From the NCBI RefSeq assembly GCF_000143415.4, contig NW_003314322.1:94886-158885 (forward strand): a stretch of DNA of 64,000 nucleotides, given 5' to 3'. Each line of letters begins with the position of its first letter. Within the stretch, counting starts at the first letter, position 1. Below, piece by piece: positions 39,381 to 51,189 of this stretch. The notes beneath the pieces are model-generated. The model saw only the letters and a list, made by a program, of their open reading frames with translations. It was not told where the DNA came from and searched no databases. Source of the DNA: Selaginella moellendorffii (taxonomy: Eukaryota > Plantae > Lycopodiophyta). The position numbers and the translations under genes were made by a program.

Positions 39381-39889
39381 AAGTACCAAAGCAATCACAG
39401 GGACTCTTGGCATCGTGGCAACTGAATGATCAAGCTCTTATCGTCTGGTCTGGTCTCACTGTGCTTTGCCTCATCCTTCTTCCCAATGACATTGTGGATG
39501 CTGACGGTAAATCTAGTGCTTTTCTCTTGGATTTATAACCATAGTTTCTTTGTTCTTCTGGCAGGAAGACTCTCGACATACAACTGGAATGCTGCATGGA
39601 TTGCCAAAGAGAGTCAGTTTTGGTAATGTTCTTCCTCGTTTCTTTAATTTTTGATTGTTTATGTAATATCTTTATTTTGAATTACATTTTCTTTTGTCCT
39701 TTAGCTCAATTTATAATTTTTTTTACAAGAAACATCAACAAAATTAAAAGCTTACAGTCATGCATACTCTATTAAATGTAGTGTTCCCTTTTTGTTCTGC
39801 CAAATAGTGCATAGAAGCTAATAACATGCACAATCTGTAATTTCTAAACAAACTTTTATTTATAAATCTCCTCATTCCACTCACAGCAT

Positions 39890-41670
39890 TCCGTGTTGAA
39901 GAGAGCATCAAGACTGCTTGATCCTTGGGTATTAACGCAGGCATCGACTTAGTATTCTAACAAAATCCCACAGTCAAGAGTTCTCCAAACTTTCAAAACA
40001 CCACAACACTTACAAAGAATGGAATTTCATTTGTGTCGCCATCATGAACACTATTAGAAGTTCACGATAAAACCTGCAGAAAACTCTTTGGTATAGCAAA
40101 GAAAAGAGAAAAAAGTCTAAATGAAACCAACCAACCTCCAAGATTTCATTTGCATCACTGTATGGAGCAATAAGCATCGATGCTAAATCTGGCTCCTCAT
40201 AATTCAAACGCCACCAGGTATTGATTCTCTTCACCACCGGCTTTTGATGTTGGATCTCTTCTAAAACGTATCATCAAAATCCTTGCCACGTCTTGCACTT
40301 GGTACTGCCTCGGCCTGCAAGTCTCATGGACGGGTTCAGAAGGGAGGCAGTAATAGCAAAATTTCTGCACAAAAACAAGGATTAATTAACCAGCGAGCTA
40401 TATAAGTATCCACCTTTTGCATTTCACCGTCAAGCCATGATAGGCTCAAATGCTTGTCTTTGTATGCAGTGGCAGCAGCAAAATTTTGGCTATCAATGTC
40501 CTCACTTACACGAGCTCTTCTTGCACAATTCTCATCGTCTAAAATGAGAAACTCGTCAGCTAGAAACAACAAGAAAGAAAATCTTACACTGCAGAGTTGA
40601 TCAAGCTGAAAACCAGGCCTTCCAGCAACCACAATGCAGTACCATGTTTCTACATCTTTTCCAGCTGCAGAGAAGTCCGCGGGATCACATCCAAGTTTGG
40701 AAGCCGTGATGCTTTGCAGCTGAGGAAGAAATAAAAGCACACACATCAAATTGCAATTCAAAAGATAGCAAAAGGAGGAAGAGCCTACATAGTACTTACC
40801 ATGAACTTTATGTTCTTCCACAGTTTCCATGAAGGAGTCACGCAATTTACCTGCAATTTACCCGCAAAGTGAAAGAAATCATCTCAAAGCTGCCGAAAAG
40901 AAGATTTTTACCATAAACAGTTATGGGCTGGACACCTGGATCTTTGATGAAAACTACTGCCGGTGCCAACTCTAATCCAAACCTGCTCCACACGCAAAAG
41001 CATGAATCAATTCACGTGATTATCACTAAAACTACCGGCTTTTCAAAATCGAAGCTTCCTCTTGCCTCCACAAAACACATCCAAAAGACATAAACTCGGA
41101 GTCCTTCTTGGCCGCTTCTCTTCTGAATGGAAATGCACGCTCTTCTGTGTAACTTTCACCTAAAAAGAAGTGCAAAAGAGAGAGATTTTGATTAGCATCA
41201 TAAAAAAAAATTTATGCTACTATACCAGCACCTTATGCGGTCCAGGATTTTTAATGAACTCGGATCTGCGTGACTTTAGTCAGTGCTTGTTTTAGATTTT
41301 AGTGAAAATTGTGGCTACCTAGTTCTGAGAAGAATAATAACGAATGCGAGGAAGATCAAGAAGCAGCGTTGCTGTCCCAGTCCAGTATAGAATCGTAGCT
41401 GAGGCCTTTGGAGTACCTACAGTGTTCGTCAGGAAAAGCGGAACAAGGCTTCATGAATTTACCAAATCAGGCATTTTAATTCCCTACACCCCAGCGGCTT
41501 GGCAACAAGAGATGGAATTCCTGAAGAAAAAAATGAAAGAAAATAGGAGGTTTACGTGTTTACCATGGCATCTGATCCACCTCTTTCCTCCCAAGAGCTT
41601 TGTGAGTTGAACTTCTCCTAGCTCGACTCTCAAAAGATTAACTTGGCCTTCGAGAACTTCCGCTGGAATC
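39890..41670 (-). pseudogene. DNAJC16-like plant ER J-protein, multi-exon fragment lacking the J-domain
   Basis: VELGEVQL, LPRIRYY, VLWRQEEAS, APAVVFIKDPG, LPQLQSITASKLGCD, TWYCIVVAGR, SWLDGE.QK; internal stops. Confidence 0.8.
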
Positions 41671-43229
41671 ACGAACATCATGGTTGGAAAAAACACAAAC
41701 AATACTGGTGAGATCCCAAACTTGCCCAGTTTTTTTAATTTTCTGTTCATCTGCCACCTCTCATCTTTTACTGGATTTGATTGAAGCTGCCAAACCATAC
41801 CAGCGCTGTCAATTTCGCCTTCATCGCTGTCATTTCCCTTTCATCAGTGTCACTGTCGACCTCGTCCAAAAATGACAGACAGGAAGGGCCTTTTGCTCAT
41901 CTCTTTTTCTTCTTCTGGAGCTGCGTTCCTCTTCCCTGCAGCACAGATGGATTCAGACACATGGCCACAGAGATGGGATGTGGGCTTGCTTTTTCTACAG
42001 CTTCTCTTTGTCATCCTCCTCTATCTTGGTGTGCAAGTTGTCACTCTGCAGCAGCACAGAAATGAAACAAAGTGATGAAACAGGTCAGCTACCTTTTCCA
42101 CTAACTACTCCCTGGAAGTCCAACAGTCTCTTGCACTCTCCAGAATCTGTGGCAGTGAGCTCTGGTAATGAGGAACAGAGAGCGCACCTCCACCCAGGCA
42201 GACATGTGCATCAATTGGATCCTGTTTGGAGAGCTTCCAAGGATGTTGCTTCCCAGCCTGAGCTCTTGCCTCTCCACCTATTCCAACCAGAACCTCGACT
42301 ACATCTCCTAGAGCTACACAAAGCAAGCTGTACAGGCATATCCAAAGATGGTAGTCATTTTTTTTTCTAAAACAAAACTCACTGGATTTTGTTGCGATGC
42401 CATTGATCAGCTTCACTGGACTGGAAAAATGCTGCAAGGCACCCTGGATTCGCTTGAATGTTAGAGTACCTAGAGAAGCAGTAAATTTGTTTTTTCTTCT
42501 GAGCAATACCTGTATCGTTCAGAAATTCTGAAACAAAAATCACCTCTGATGTCACCTTCTTCTTGAGGTCTTGGATGTACAGTATATGGGACGGGAAAGT
42601 TCTACTTCTCATCCGATGTGCTTCTTCTCCCACAATAAAATTTTAGCATCCAATATGCTCCAGATACAGACAGCCATATTAACCGTTTCTTAAACCTAAA
42701 ACCAAGCTCTTTGCCACCATGTAACAATCCGCACCATTGCTTTGGAGCGTCAAAAATCTGGATCGTTGAATTGAGAGCATCTGCCATAAGTAAAAATGGA
42801 TATTCGAAAAATGGAATATGTGACGCCAATGCCAAAATAGCAACTTTAAATAAAGAGTTTGATGATATTGTTGCAATTATTATCACTGTATAGGAAGTTA
42901 TTACAGAAATTTAAAATTATAGAAAGGATTCTAATCAAAATCTTTTATGTATAACTTGCAAGATGGCAGGGTCAGTAAGGAATCTCTTGTACTCTTTCAT
43001 GGTCTAAATGTTTCTTTCTTCAGATCCTCGAGGAACTTCGAGCAGAAGGTGTTCTGGATTATTTGACTTCTCACAAAGTAAGTTCCTGAATGTTCTCTCA
43101 TACATATACTTCTTTGATCAATGGGGTGTGAACTCACTTGGTTAAACCTTGGTTAGGGAGATTGCCATTTCCTTGGCTCACAAGCCATCTTGACCATTCT
43201 TTTTCTTCTAGGTTTACTTGCATGTATGG

Positions 43230-43900
43230 AATTTCTTAGCTCAATTCTCAACTTTTGAAGAAATTCTTCTTGATCTCATAGGATCCCTTTATAAGGTCAA
43301 CATCAGTCTCCCCAGTGATTATCCATTAAAGCCTCTCAAGATAATGTGGAAAGGAGGAAGAATTCAAAGATCTTATCTCTCGCTGGAAAATGTAGGTGGT
43401 GTTTAAAACATGAATCTATCACTGCAACATTCATCCTAGTGGACAGATCTTCTTCAAAACTCTCAAGGAGAATTAAAGTCCAGCTCTTACAATTTCCAAA
43501 GTTTTGTTTCGATTTGTGCATTGCTAGGTGAGCCAGATCCTTGTGATTTTTCTCTTTGTTTTTCTTGAACTTATTTCCTTGTAATTGATCCTTTGGTGGG
43601 AAGTATAACCTGTGAATATTTGTCCAAAATGCTGGTAGCATCTGACCATGTTGTGATCGATGGGGGGCTAAATCTCCTAGGGGGGCCAAATTATAATGTT
43701 AAATCTATATATATAGCCAGCTTCACATCTTATTCTGGAAGTATGATTGTGGAAGAAGATGTAGAATAGAAAACATTTTTTTGTCCATACGGAGATCAAG
43801 GATGCGGTAGTGATAGGAAAGTCGAAAGGTTTCAATGTGGATCTCAAAAGTACAGGTAATGATCTGGTCAAAGTTATTGGAATCTTTTTTCCAATGAACA
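43230..43900 (-). mobile_element. LINE (L1-like) ORF2 C-terminal remnant
   Basis: FWTNIHRLYFPPK zf-RVT-like motif; 43234-43362 is duplicated at 44894-45023. Confidence 0.5.
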
Positions 43901-43984
43901 ACTTATCATCTGTAGACATTTTTCAGGAGAATGACTTGTAAATGCCATTGAGTGGCTTCAAAGGGCCACAAGTTTCAAGACACA

Positions 43985-44302
43985 AGTACAGTAAACATGC
44001 TGATTTTGTTCTGTCAGCTAGCTATTCACATACTTCCCAGCCCACATGGTTGGATGATCTGCTCCCCGATGCACAGAAACATGAGCTCTTATATCACAAG
44101 AGATAGCAAGAAAAAAAAATTTAATTACCATTCACACATTGCATAGAAGATAGGATGTGTGCTTTCGTTGAGAGCCTCACTCACTGGGTTTTGAGGTGGT
44201 GTTGCTCCATTTCTGAGATGCAAACATTGTTTGCATACTGAGCATGAGAAGGCTGATTTTTCTTGTGAAAGCAATTGTCATACTTGAGATAGTCGATTCC
44301 CT
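43985..44302 (-). pseudogene. GH27 alpha-galactosidase fragment (inverted part)
   Basis: GIDYLKYDNC, ALNESTHPIFYAMCEW|G, DHPTMWAGKYVNS. Confidence 0.88.
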
Positions 44303-44329
44303 ATACGAGAAGAAATAATTGACACGTTG

Positions 44330-44590
44330 AAATGGCACTAAAGACAGATAGCCATGGTAAAGTTCTCTTAGCTCTTCTTCTTTTTCCCTTCTATGACCAG
44401 TTTTGCTTGCAATATAGAGTTGCTAGCGGACGCCAACAATTTATGGGCATCCCAAAGGGTGGAACGGTGAGATCAATGGTTGGCTTTGCATAAATTTCTC
44501 AAGCTTCTCTCTTTCAGATCCCGACATGCTCCAAGTGGGGAATGGTTGAATGTCCTTGGCTGAGTATTGTTCACATTGCAGCATGTGTAT
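44330..44590 (+). pseudogene. GH27 alpha-galactosidase fragment (downstream exons)
   Basis: LADANNLWAS..GWN|DPDMLQVGNG*MSLAEY.SH. Confidence 0.88.
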
Positions 44591-44889
44591 CAGAGTGGAT
44601 AGAAAAAAAAGATTGTAAATTAGCAGAATCAGCTAATTTAATATTTAATTATAATTATTTAATTCATTCATTATTAATTCAATAATAATATTAATAAAAT
44701 AATTAATGAATTAAAAATGTTAGTAAACAGCTGATTTACAATCTACTCCAAAAGGTTATGAGTGGTTTGGCACAGTGGGGCGAAGCAGATCCAGAAGGAG
44801 CTCACAGAGATCCACTAGAGAATTGCTTTGCCCATCCAAAGGCCAATAATTTCTATGAGTGGGTCTCCACAATCGTCAGTCCATCAGGT

Positions 44890-45790
44890 AGACTTCTTAG
44901 CTCAATTCTCAACTTTTGAAGAAATTCTTCTTGATCTCATAGGATCCCTTTATAAGGTCAACATTAGCCTCCCCAACAATTATCCATTACAGGCTCTCAA
45001 GATAATGTGGAAAGGAGGAAGAATCTTGAGGAGATCCTTCCAGCAAACGATCTTATCGATATCAATATTGAGGAGCCACTGAAAAATAATCTAGAGTAAC
45101 TTCAGCCAAAGAGATTGATTGAGCTCTCCAGTTGCCAAAGACCCGACGTGTTACCACCACCACATTCTGCATAAACCCTAGCCTTAACCATTCCATCTCG
45201 TGGCCACTCTAGTCTCTGGGACAAAGGATCTAGCTCGCGGCCACTCTGGTCTCCAGGACAAAGGATCCAGCTCCCAATCCGTGGTGGAGTCCATTCCATC
45301 CTCTTCTGTGACAACTGCCTAGAGTTAACAACTATTGTATTAAAACCATGCACAACGTGTCTAACGGCCTCACTCTTGTCGAGACCCATTCTGACGAGTG
45401 CATCCAACAGCTAATCTGATCCATTGTGGAGGCAACAGCACAAGGAACTCCCGCTGAATAAAGAGCTGCCAGCCATTCTCGTGGCCAGCACTTGCAAAAC
45501 AAGTTTCATGACAAACTGTAAACCTTGGATAGCTCTGTATATTTCTGATAGCCAATTCATCAATCCATACTCCGCCCAAGCTAGCTGGGAAAACAAAGTT
45601 ACATTTCACTCTAACCTCTTCAGACTAACCACCCTTTCCAGGTCATGCTTGGAGGTACTACAAACGATCAATCGCCACTTCTCCTTATCCAGATCATCTC
45701 CAATAATTTTTTCTGCAAAAATGGTGAAAACAAAAAATCGATATAAAAAAGAGACCTTCCTCCAACGATATCCCAGTCTCTGCAGTTCCT
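44890..45790 (-). mobile_element. LINE ORF2 remnant
   Basis: FPASLGGVWIDELAIRN resembles the L1 PK..GGLG...L..N motif; shares a block with 43234-43362. Confidence 0.5.
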
Positions 45791-46384
45791 AGGACTTTGT
45801 CAAGTCGGGAGTGGACTTGTATGGCTGTAACGCTTGAAAGCTGATGCCAGTCGGCACTCATGGCAAGATCTAAACAAAAGGGACCTCAGCAGTAGTGATC
45901 TCGTCCAGGAGGGTGCCAAGAGCAGGTCGAGAGTGATCGGCAGCCTGTTGTCGCAGCCTGGGACTCTTGTGAGCCAGATTGTGCACGAGAATTACCAAGT
46001 CAAGACTTTATATGGATCTGCTCTCAACAAACCATTCTTCAGCTGCTCTTCTTCATATGATAGGTCCTATATGGAACCAATTGGTAAACCAATCAAAGCA
46101 GAGTAAGGAAGAAATTTTTACCTGAAAGTTAACGCCTACTGAATCTATGTATCCTACACTGCGTGAAACGCTTTCATGACACTTGATGTCTGGAAAAAAA
46201 ATTGTTGATATCAGTGTTCATGCTATGCCACCACAGTGCATAATATGGAGGTCTTTCCAGCACCCTGCTATGCCACTTGATTAGTAACATACGTGATTAA
46301 TTAAAAAAAGTGATTTACCTCCAAACAAGAAGTCGTACCCATCTTAGTTTCATAGACACGCTCTTCGTCACAGAGTTAGTGCTA

Positions 46385-46488
46385 CCTCGGACTCTCGGAC
46401 TCAGACTCGGACTCGGACTCAGACTCGGACTCGGACTCGGGCTCGGGCTCGGTCTCGGCCTTGGCCTCGGTCTCGTTCTCGGTCCCGA

Positions 46489-46532
<44 letters not shown>

Positions 46533-46630
46533 CCGGTCTCGGTCTCGACTTCGGACTCCATCTCGGACTCCACTTCGGACTCCAACTCGGGTCCATTTCG
46601 GACTCCAACTCGAGTCCATCTCGGACTCCA
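46385..46630. repeat. Compound hexamer microsatellite (GGACTC/GGGCTC/GGTCTC) decaying to ~15-mers
   Basis: Directly visible; produces spurious low-complexity ORFs. Confidence 0.95.
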
Positions 46631-48312
46631 CTTCCACGTGTCATGTGTTGGTCCTTTTGGGTCCCTTTTTGGAGCCTCGCTTTTTGCTCGTTTCGTGCTC
46701 GTTCCTCGAGCACTTCGTTGGGAGTCCACTCCCGCTCTTGACTTTTCAAGTCGGAGCTTTTGGTCCAAATGTGTTACGCTCGTTTGGCTCTCGCTTCAGC
46801 CACTACCACGTGGCACCCTTTCCGGCTCCACTTTGGGGCCTAGGGATTTTGTGTTTCACAACTCCACCACCCATAGACGAAGTTCGATGTCCTCATCGAA
46901 CGGTAAACCATTTTGTAAAGTAACACTCGCATGTGTTACCATTTCCATCCTTGGCACCTAGCCAATATTTGTCAATGGTTTGACATTGAAGGCTCACCAT
47001 GCCTTTTGCATATGCCTCAATGGTTTGACACCAAAGGCTCACCATGCCTTGCCTATCCTCTAAGGAGGGTAGTCTCTCCAACTTAGAGACTGATTGGACT
47101 ACATGTAGTGGTTCTCTCCTTTTATTGGTTTAGTTCTCGCTAAACCTCTTAGAGACCCTTCTCTAAGTCAATCGCACTACTCCTTCTCGAGTAATCTCAA
47201 TTTCCATCTATTGAATGTTTGCACCTTGGAACTTTTACTCTTTTGACTTTTGGAAGTCAATTTCCTAGGTGTCTCCAACTCCTTGCATTGCACAGATTGT
47301 GCAACTCCACTTCCCTATCCTAGAAAGTTCATTACTTGAGGGCACCATCATCCTCTCTTCTATTTCGTGCCACCTTGGGCACTAAGTTCCATTTATCACA
47401 CTTTGTGCTAGGGTTGTCCATTGCCCTATCATTTGGCTACCTTACCGCTCCCTCCCTTGGAGCTTCCACTTTTTGCCAAATCGGAGCAATTCGGAATCCA
47501 TCCTTGGAAACACACTTCCTTTCCCGCAATTTGTTAGCGTCCAACACATTAGTGTTCCTCGCCTAACTTTGTCACTTGGATTCCTTCCAAGGAATTCCAC
47601 GGCCCTATCTTGGCCACTCATATTTCGGTGGTCATGGACTCTCAGTGGGGAGACTGGTTTGGGCACACCGCCAAGCGAGGGATGCCTCGGAGTCGTGATG
47701 CACGGTTAGATTGCTTAGAGTGAAAGCTCGGCATATCTAACTTGAACGCTTTGGTGCAAGTGGCACCAAGGACGTGGTGAGTGAGATGGGGACACCTAAT
47801 CTCAGTTGCTATGGACCCTTGGCCGGAAGGGCTGGCTTGGGCGCACCGCCAAGTGTGGGGGATGCCCCCGGGGTCATAGGTAACAAATTAAAGGTCTGGA
47901 AGACCTAGTACCTATTGGCAAACCTGTTAAGGTGCCGAGGTGAGATCACTAGGTGATCTTGTGGCTAAATAAGGACAAGGTCTTTGTTTGAGTTAAGGAA
48001 TAAGGTTCCTAGTTCAAAGTGTTGATTTGAACTATTGATGATGGTGTGGCTTGGTCAAGGTGACCAAGTGGGAAAAGCACCTTAGGGAAATGAGCTATGT
48101 CATTGCAATGGCATAGTGTGTCCAAGGAAAGTAGTCTCTAAAGAGACCCATGAGAGGGTCACAAAGTTGGGCCGAGGATAGAGCCCACAGCAGAAGATGC
48201 TAAAAGAGACTTACTAGGGGTGAACACCCTAGTCTTGGCAAAGCAGAGCTTTTGCTATGGAATCAAAAGAATACCTCAAGGAGGGCCTCGCTCTCTTGAC
48301 ACCCTACCCCTC
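46385..48312 (-). mobile_element. LTR-like non-coding repeat with PPT, rich in short hairpins
   Basis: Minus strand gaggggtaggg|TGTCAAGAG at 48312-48293 has the same PPT|TGTCAAGA layout as the chromovirus at 888-908. Internal 47-bp and ~45-bp duplications. Left end undefined. Confidence 0.55.
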
Positions 48313-48386
48313 AAGAGAGCGTGTGTGGTAGCTTGACTTAGACCTTCCACAGAAATATTAACAATCTTCACACCCTCACTGTCCAC

Positions 48387-48981
48387 TGTAAGCAACCAAA
48401 GGGAACGACTCGAGAGACGATCCATGGGGTTCAAATATAGAGGGAAAGGGCCCATGAACAAGAGTGCACCCCCTTTTCCAATCGGTTAAGGGTCTTGGGA
48501 TAGTTGGAGTTAAGCGTCCTTGGGCTTGAATAGTACTGGGCTGGGTGACCTCCCGGGAAGTCCAAACTCAAGGAGCTTACATTTGGTATCAGAGAGGTCT
48601 CGGGTCCGACTCTGTTGGTTGGCTAGGGGAATCGCACCACATGTTGATTGACATCTGGCTGGTCCAGTTTGCTCCCACTGGGCTCGACCCGAGGGGTAGG
48701 GTGTCAAGAGAGCGGGGCTCTCGGGAGAGCTGCGGCTCTCAGCTTCCGTTCACGAGGGCGTGAACTTGCAGGGAAGCGTGGTGGATTGTAAGCAACCAAA
48801 GGGAACGACTCGAGAGACGATCCATGGGGTTCAAATATAGAGGGAAAGGGCCCATGAACAAGAGTGCACCCCCTTTTCCAATCGGTTAAGGGTCTTGGGA
48901 TAGTTGGAGTTAAGCGTCCTTGGGCTTGAATAGTACTGGGCTGGGTGACCTCCCGGGAAGTCCAAACTCAAGGAGCTTACA
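48387..48981 (+). mobile_element. Cassandra TRIM (5S rRNA-derived LTRs), complete, 595 bp
   Basis: Identical 195-bp LTRs 48387-48581 and 48787-48981; TSD TCCAC; tRNA-iMet PBS tggtatcagag at 48584; purine-rich tract before the 3' LTR. Confidence 0.95.
48508..48563 (+). promoter_or_regulatory. 5S-derived Pol III internal promoter in Cassandra LTR (second copy 48908-48963)
   Basis: A-box agttaagcgtcc, tagtact, C-box-like gggctgggtg, acctcccgggaagtcc. Confidence 0.9.
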
Positions 48982-49589
48982 TCCACAAAACCTTTTCTAC
49001 ATGAGTTTTCAATTTTGTTCACATTACCTGACGAGAATGAGCAATAAGACCTTGAGCAGCTCATCGTCTGAGGAACCAGAGGAGATGACTCAGATGCTGG
49101 AGCTGGTTGTCGTCCCAGATTGGTTCTTCACTTCTCTGGAATTTTTTCTGGGCTACGAGAAGAGTGCCTCCATGGTTTATAGTCAGGTATATTGAGTTGC
49201 CTCCCATTAATCGATGAGAAGTTCTACTGCTAACCTCTTCCAGAGTTTTTGGTGCGGCTCCTTGAGAATCACTGGAGGATATTAACCAGAGGATGCAGCA
49301 CCGTCTTCTTCTTCTCCTTGCTCTTGGCTGGAGGTGCTAAGAAAAGAAGCATTCATAATTCCAGATTTACCTACCAATCCGTGGAAGGCAGAGAAAAATA
49401 TAAATTGAGAAACAAAAAGAGAAAATGCCAATCGGCAAAGAATTGGGCATCAAATTCTAACCTCCAGTGGAAAATATAAGTAGTCTGCAAGAACAGAATC
49501 CAGGAGAGAGTACATCTGCCCGCTGCCTCTCCCATCGCTGAACGCATTTTTTCCAGCCCTAAAAAGCCACATAAAATTTTTCTCTGATT

Positions 49590-49708
49590 TGAAACGACAT
49601 GACCTTTGACAATTAAATCTTGGCCGTTAGATCTCAGCATATACCCAGAATAAGTGTCCCCAGTATATCCTATTATTATATGGGCTCTTTCGTTTAAATA
49701 TATGAGTA
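49590..49708 (-). mobile_element. Helitron family-A 5' region directly after a 3' CTAG
   Basis: CTAG|TACTCATATATTTAAACGAAAGAGC on the minus strand. Confidence 0.75.
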
Positions 49709-50411
49709 CTAGCAGAGAACCCAGCTCCGCTGGGATAGTTAAATGCTAATTCTAAAAAGAGAACAATTTATTAAAATTTGCTTAAGTTCAATATGTAACA
49801 AGCACTTGGTTTATTTAGTTTTTACTTCCTTAGTGATTGGAACTAAACACTATTTCTTAAATGGTTTACTGGAATAGAATAATACAAGCTTGGACTCAAA
49901 GCTTAAAAGAATTATTCAACACATGAAGAGGTGGCTTAATCATATTCCTCAATTTGGTATATTATTTGGGCATTCTGGAGTTAAGAGGAGTTAATGGGAT
50001 GGCATGGTAAGGGGATTTTTGGTATAGAATGGCTGGTTTTGCATCTGCAAGCAAGCGATGTGTGTTGAAGTATAAATGACTGTATTTACTGGTGGACTAT
50101 GTGTTTGTTCATTATAACATGCTAAATTCTGATACAGTTGATGCATTTGTTATTTATTGTCCAGTTGAGAATCATGTGTTGTTGTTCTTTCCCTTTTTTA
50201 GTTTTTGTATCCTGACATTCCTTTCTTGCTACAGATAACCATCAAATAGAGCTGATGTTTTCTAAGAGGTGTGTTTTATTTTATTTGTTTTTGCAAGTTC
50301 CTTGTAACTACAAAACAAAACACAGATAAATATATCAACAACATGTAAAAGATTAGAATGGAATCTGCATACCTTAGGTGTCAAGTCCAAGTATATAAAA
50401 CCTTAGCTTCT

Positions 50412-51167
50412 TCATGTCTTGGTATTTTTCAAGCTTGCTCCAGATTTTGAAATTGTAATCTTTGAGCAGATACCATCAATATGTAGTGAGAATGTAGGGT
50501 AGTTCTCATCTCGCATTGTAGCTAGTTTCTTTGCTGGAATTCCCACTATTTCTTGTGCAGCCTCTTGAAATGCAATGGCCCACACATGACTGCTACTATC
50601 CTCGATGCACATCTTTAGAGCATATTTGAACTCCATGTTGGCAGACTCAATATTGCAATAACTGCAAAACCAGCCATCTGCTGTTCGGGAAGTTTTTTTG
50701 CCACATTGCCATGCATTCATGACATTGATGCATGCATTATAGTAAAACTCATTTGTCTTCATTTCCTTCACAGTAGCTATCACTCTATAGATAGGGGAAC
50801 TCTTTAACACCTTTAACTGCATGTTTGATATCTCTGATAAAGTAGTGGTGCAGCTAACAGTCTGTCTGGATGATGAAGTGCTCAAATGTATGAAGTTAGT
50901 GATATTGTAGTACAATGTCATCCATTCTCTCAAATCAGCCACTGCTTCCATTTCCGGTTCAATAAGAATGGTGCTCACACCAATTGCTGAAAGTGATTTA
51001 CCATTGTAGTCCGATACCTTTCCACCCTTGACACATATTATTGGCTGAACTCCACTGTCTATCCGCTCCTGTATATATGAGCTCTCTTCTTCTGCTTTTA
51101 AATCCCAGAGACATAGATCAACACTGTGGCCTGAATCATCACCTAGACACAATGTTCTCTTCTTCAT
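50412..51167 (-). pseudogene. Helitron RPA1-like ssDNA-binding protein (OB folds, C4 zinc finger), partial
   Basis: D.SGHSVDLCLW, KVSDYNGKSLS, FYYNAC....CGKK....WFCSYC, W..AFQEAAQEIVG. Confidence 0.9.
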
Positions 51168-51189
51168 TTATTGTTTAGTGTTGAAAAAG

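Noticed and set aside
46120-46375. Small GTPase fragment (GAGKTSIL, YIDSVGVNF) on the minus strand
   Set aside because: Motifs too short and interrupted to support a call.
46310-46961. Five overlapping ORFs (poly-GL, RP, ET, RD, SV)
   Set aside because: Artefacts of the stop-free hexamer microsatellite.
46850-48321. Retrozyme / hammerhead ribozyme
   Set aside because: No CTGATGA...GAAA core noticed by eye; a covariance-model search would settle it.
48508-48563. 5S rRNA gene
   Set aside because: Only the internal promoter portion is present, twice, inside LTRs with PBS and TSD. It is Cassandra, not rDNA.
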